NCBI GenBank assembly: GCA_003427395.1
Contig: BFEA01000025.1
Location: 2,026,676-2,080,849 of the forward strand
Length of the DNA stretch: 54,174 bases
Reading direction: 5' to 3'
Origin: Chara braunii
Taxonomy: Eukaryota > Plantae > Charophyceae
The position numbers were made by a program, and so were the translations under genes. Below are positions 53,716 to 54,174 of the stretch, piece by piece (within the stretch, counting starts at the first letter, position 1; every line of letters starts with the position of its first letter). The notes below the pieces were generated by a model that did not search any database, was not told where the DNA came from, and saw only the letters and a list, made by a program, of their open reading frames with translations.

Positions 53716-54174
53716 CTTGTTTGTTGTCCTCTTCTCCCTCTCTGCATACGGTTTACCGGGCAGTTCTGTGTGACGATATACATATATATACGATATATAT
53801 ATGATATATATATATCTCTGCCATTCTATGTGTCTCCTCTTTTTTACGAATAGCTCCTGTGTCTTTAGCGGCATCTAATAATTCATTAGCTAATTAAAAA
53901 ACCATATTTTTGCCTGTTCGTTTTCGAGAAGCAGTAAGTAGCCATCTAATTGCTAATGAATGTCCTTTTTCTGGTTTTACCTCTACAGGAACTTGATAAT
54001 TAGAGCCACCTATTCTACGTGCTTTTATACTAGGAAGATTTTCATGCCCGGCCGGGCACCCGGGCGTGACGACCGGGGTACCCGGGCATGCAAAATATAT
54101 ATATATATACAGGGTTACCGGCGTTTGGGATGGGCCGAACGCCCGAACCCGAACGCCTGAACGTACGGGACCCC

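Larger units (their letters stand above)
40505..54174 (+). other. Probable long HDAC intron 1 (repeat-filled; exon 2 not found in window)
   Basis: GTAAGT donor at 40505. No RVLY/HHGDGVEEAF-coding segment was seen downstream. Two N gaps (46941-47002, 52414-52581) could hide it. Confidence 0.6.

Overview
Repeat-dominated eukaryotic DNA. The plant-type HDAC and the repeat landscape suggest a streptophyte, possibly a charophyte alga, but this is inference. The only convincing host gene is the first coding exon of an RPD3/HDA19-type class I histone deacetylase (39974-40504, +), followed by an intron with no exon 2 visible in the remaining ~13.7 kb. The rest is transposon-derived: a decayed L1-like LINE, a 2.7-kb foldback, hAT-type MITEs with 8-bp TSDs, TTAA-flanked MITEs, a tRNA-like SINE head, a dispersed repeat with a hammerhead-ribozyme-like core, and mini/microsatellites. 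The most unusual observation is a pair of homologous TG...CA-bounded non-coding elements in opposite orientation (A 20033-23471; B 23850-28515). At the same position in each, just downstream of a TATAAAA box and a shared GGCAGGAAGG motif, there is an array of hairpins with a constant loop and variable but still self-complementary stems. The loop motif is completely different between the two elements (CCGTG/CCGGGT in A; CATTCATCTTAGAAACAATG in B). Most ORFs in the supplied track are spurious. All alignments were done by eye and boundaries are approximate unless stated.
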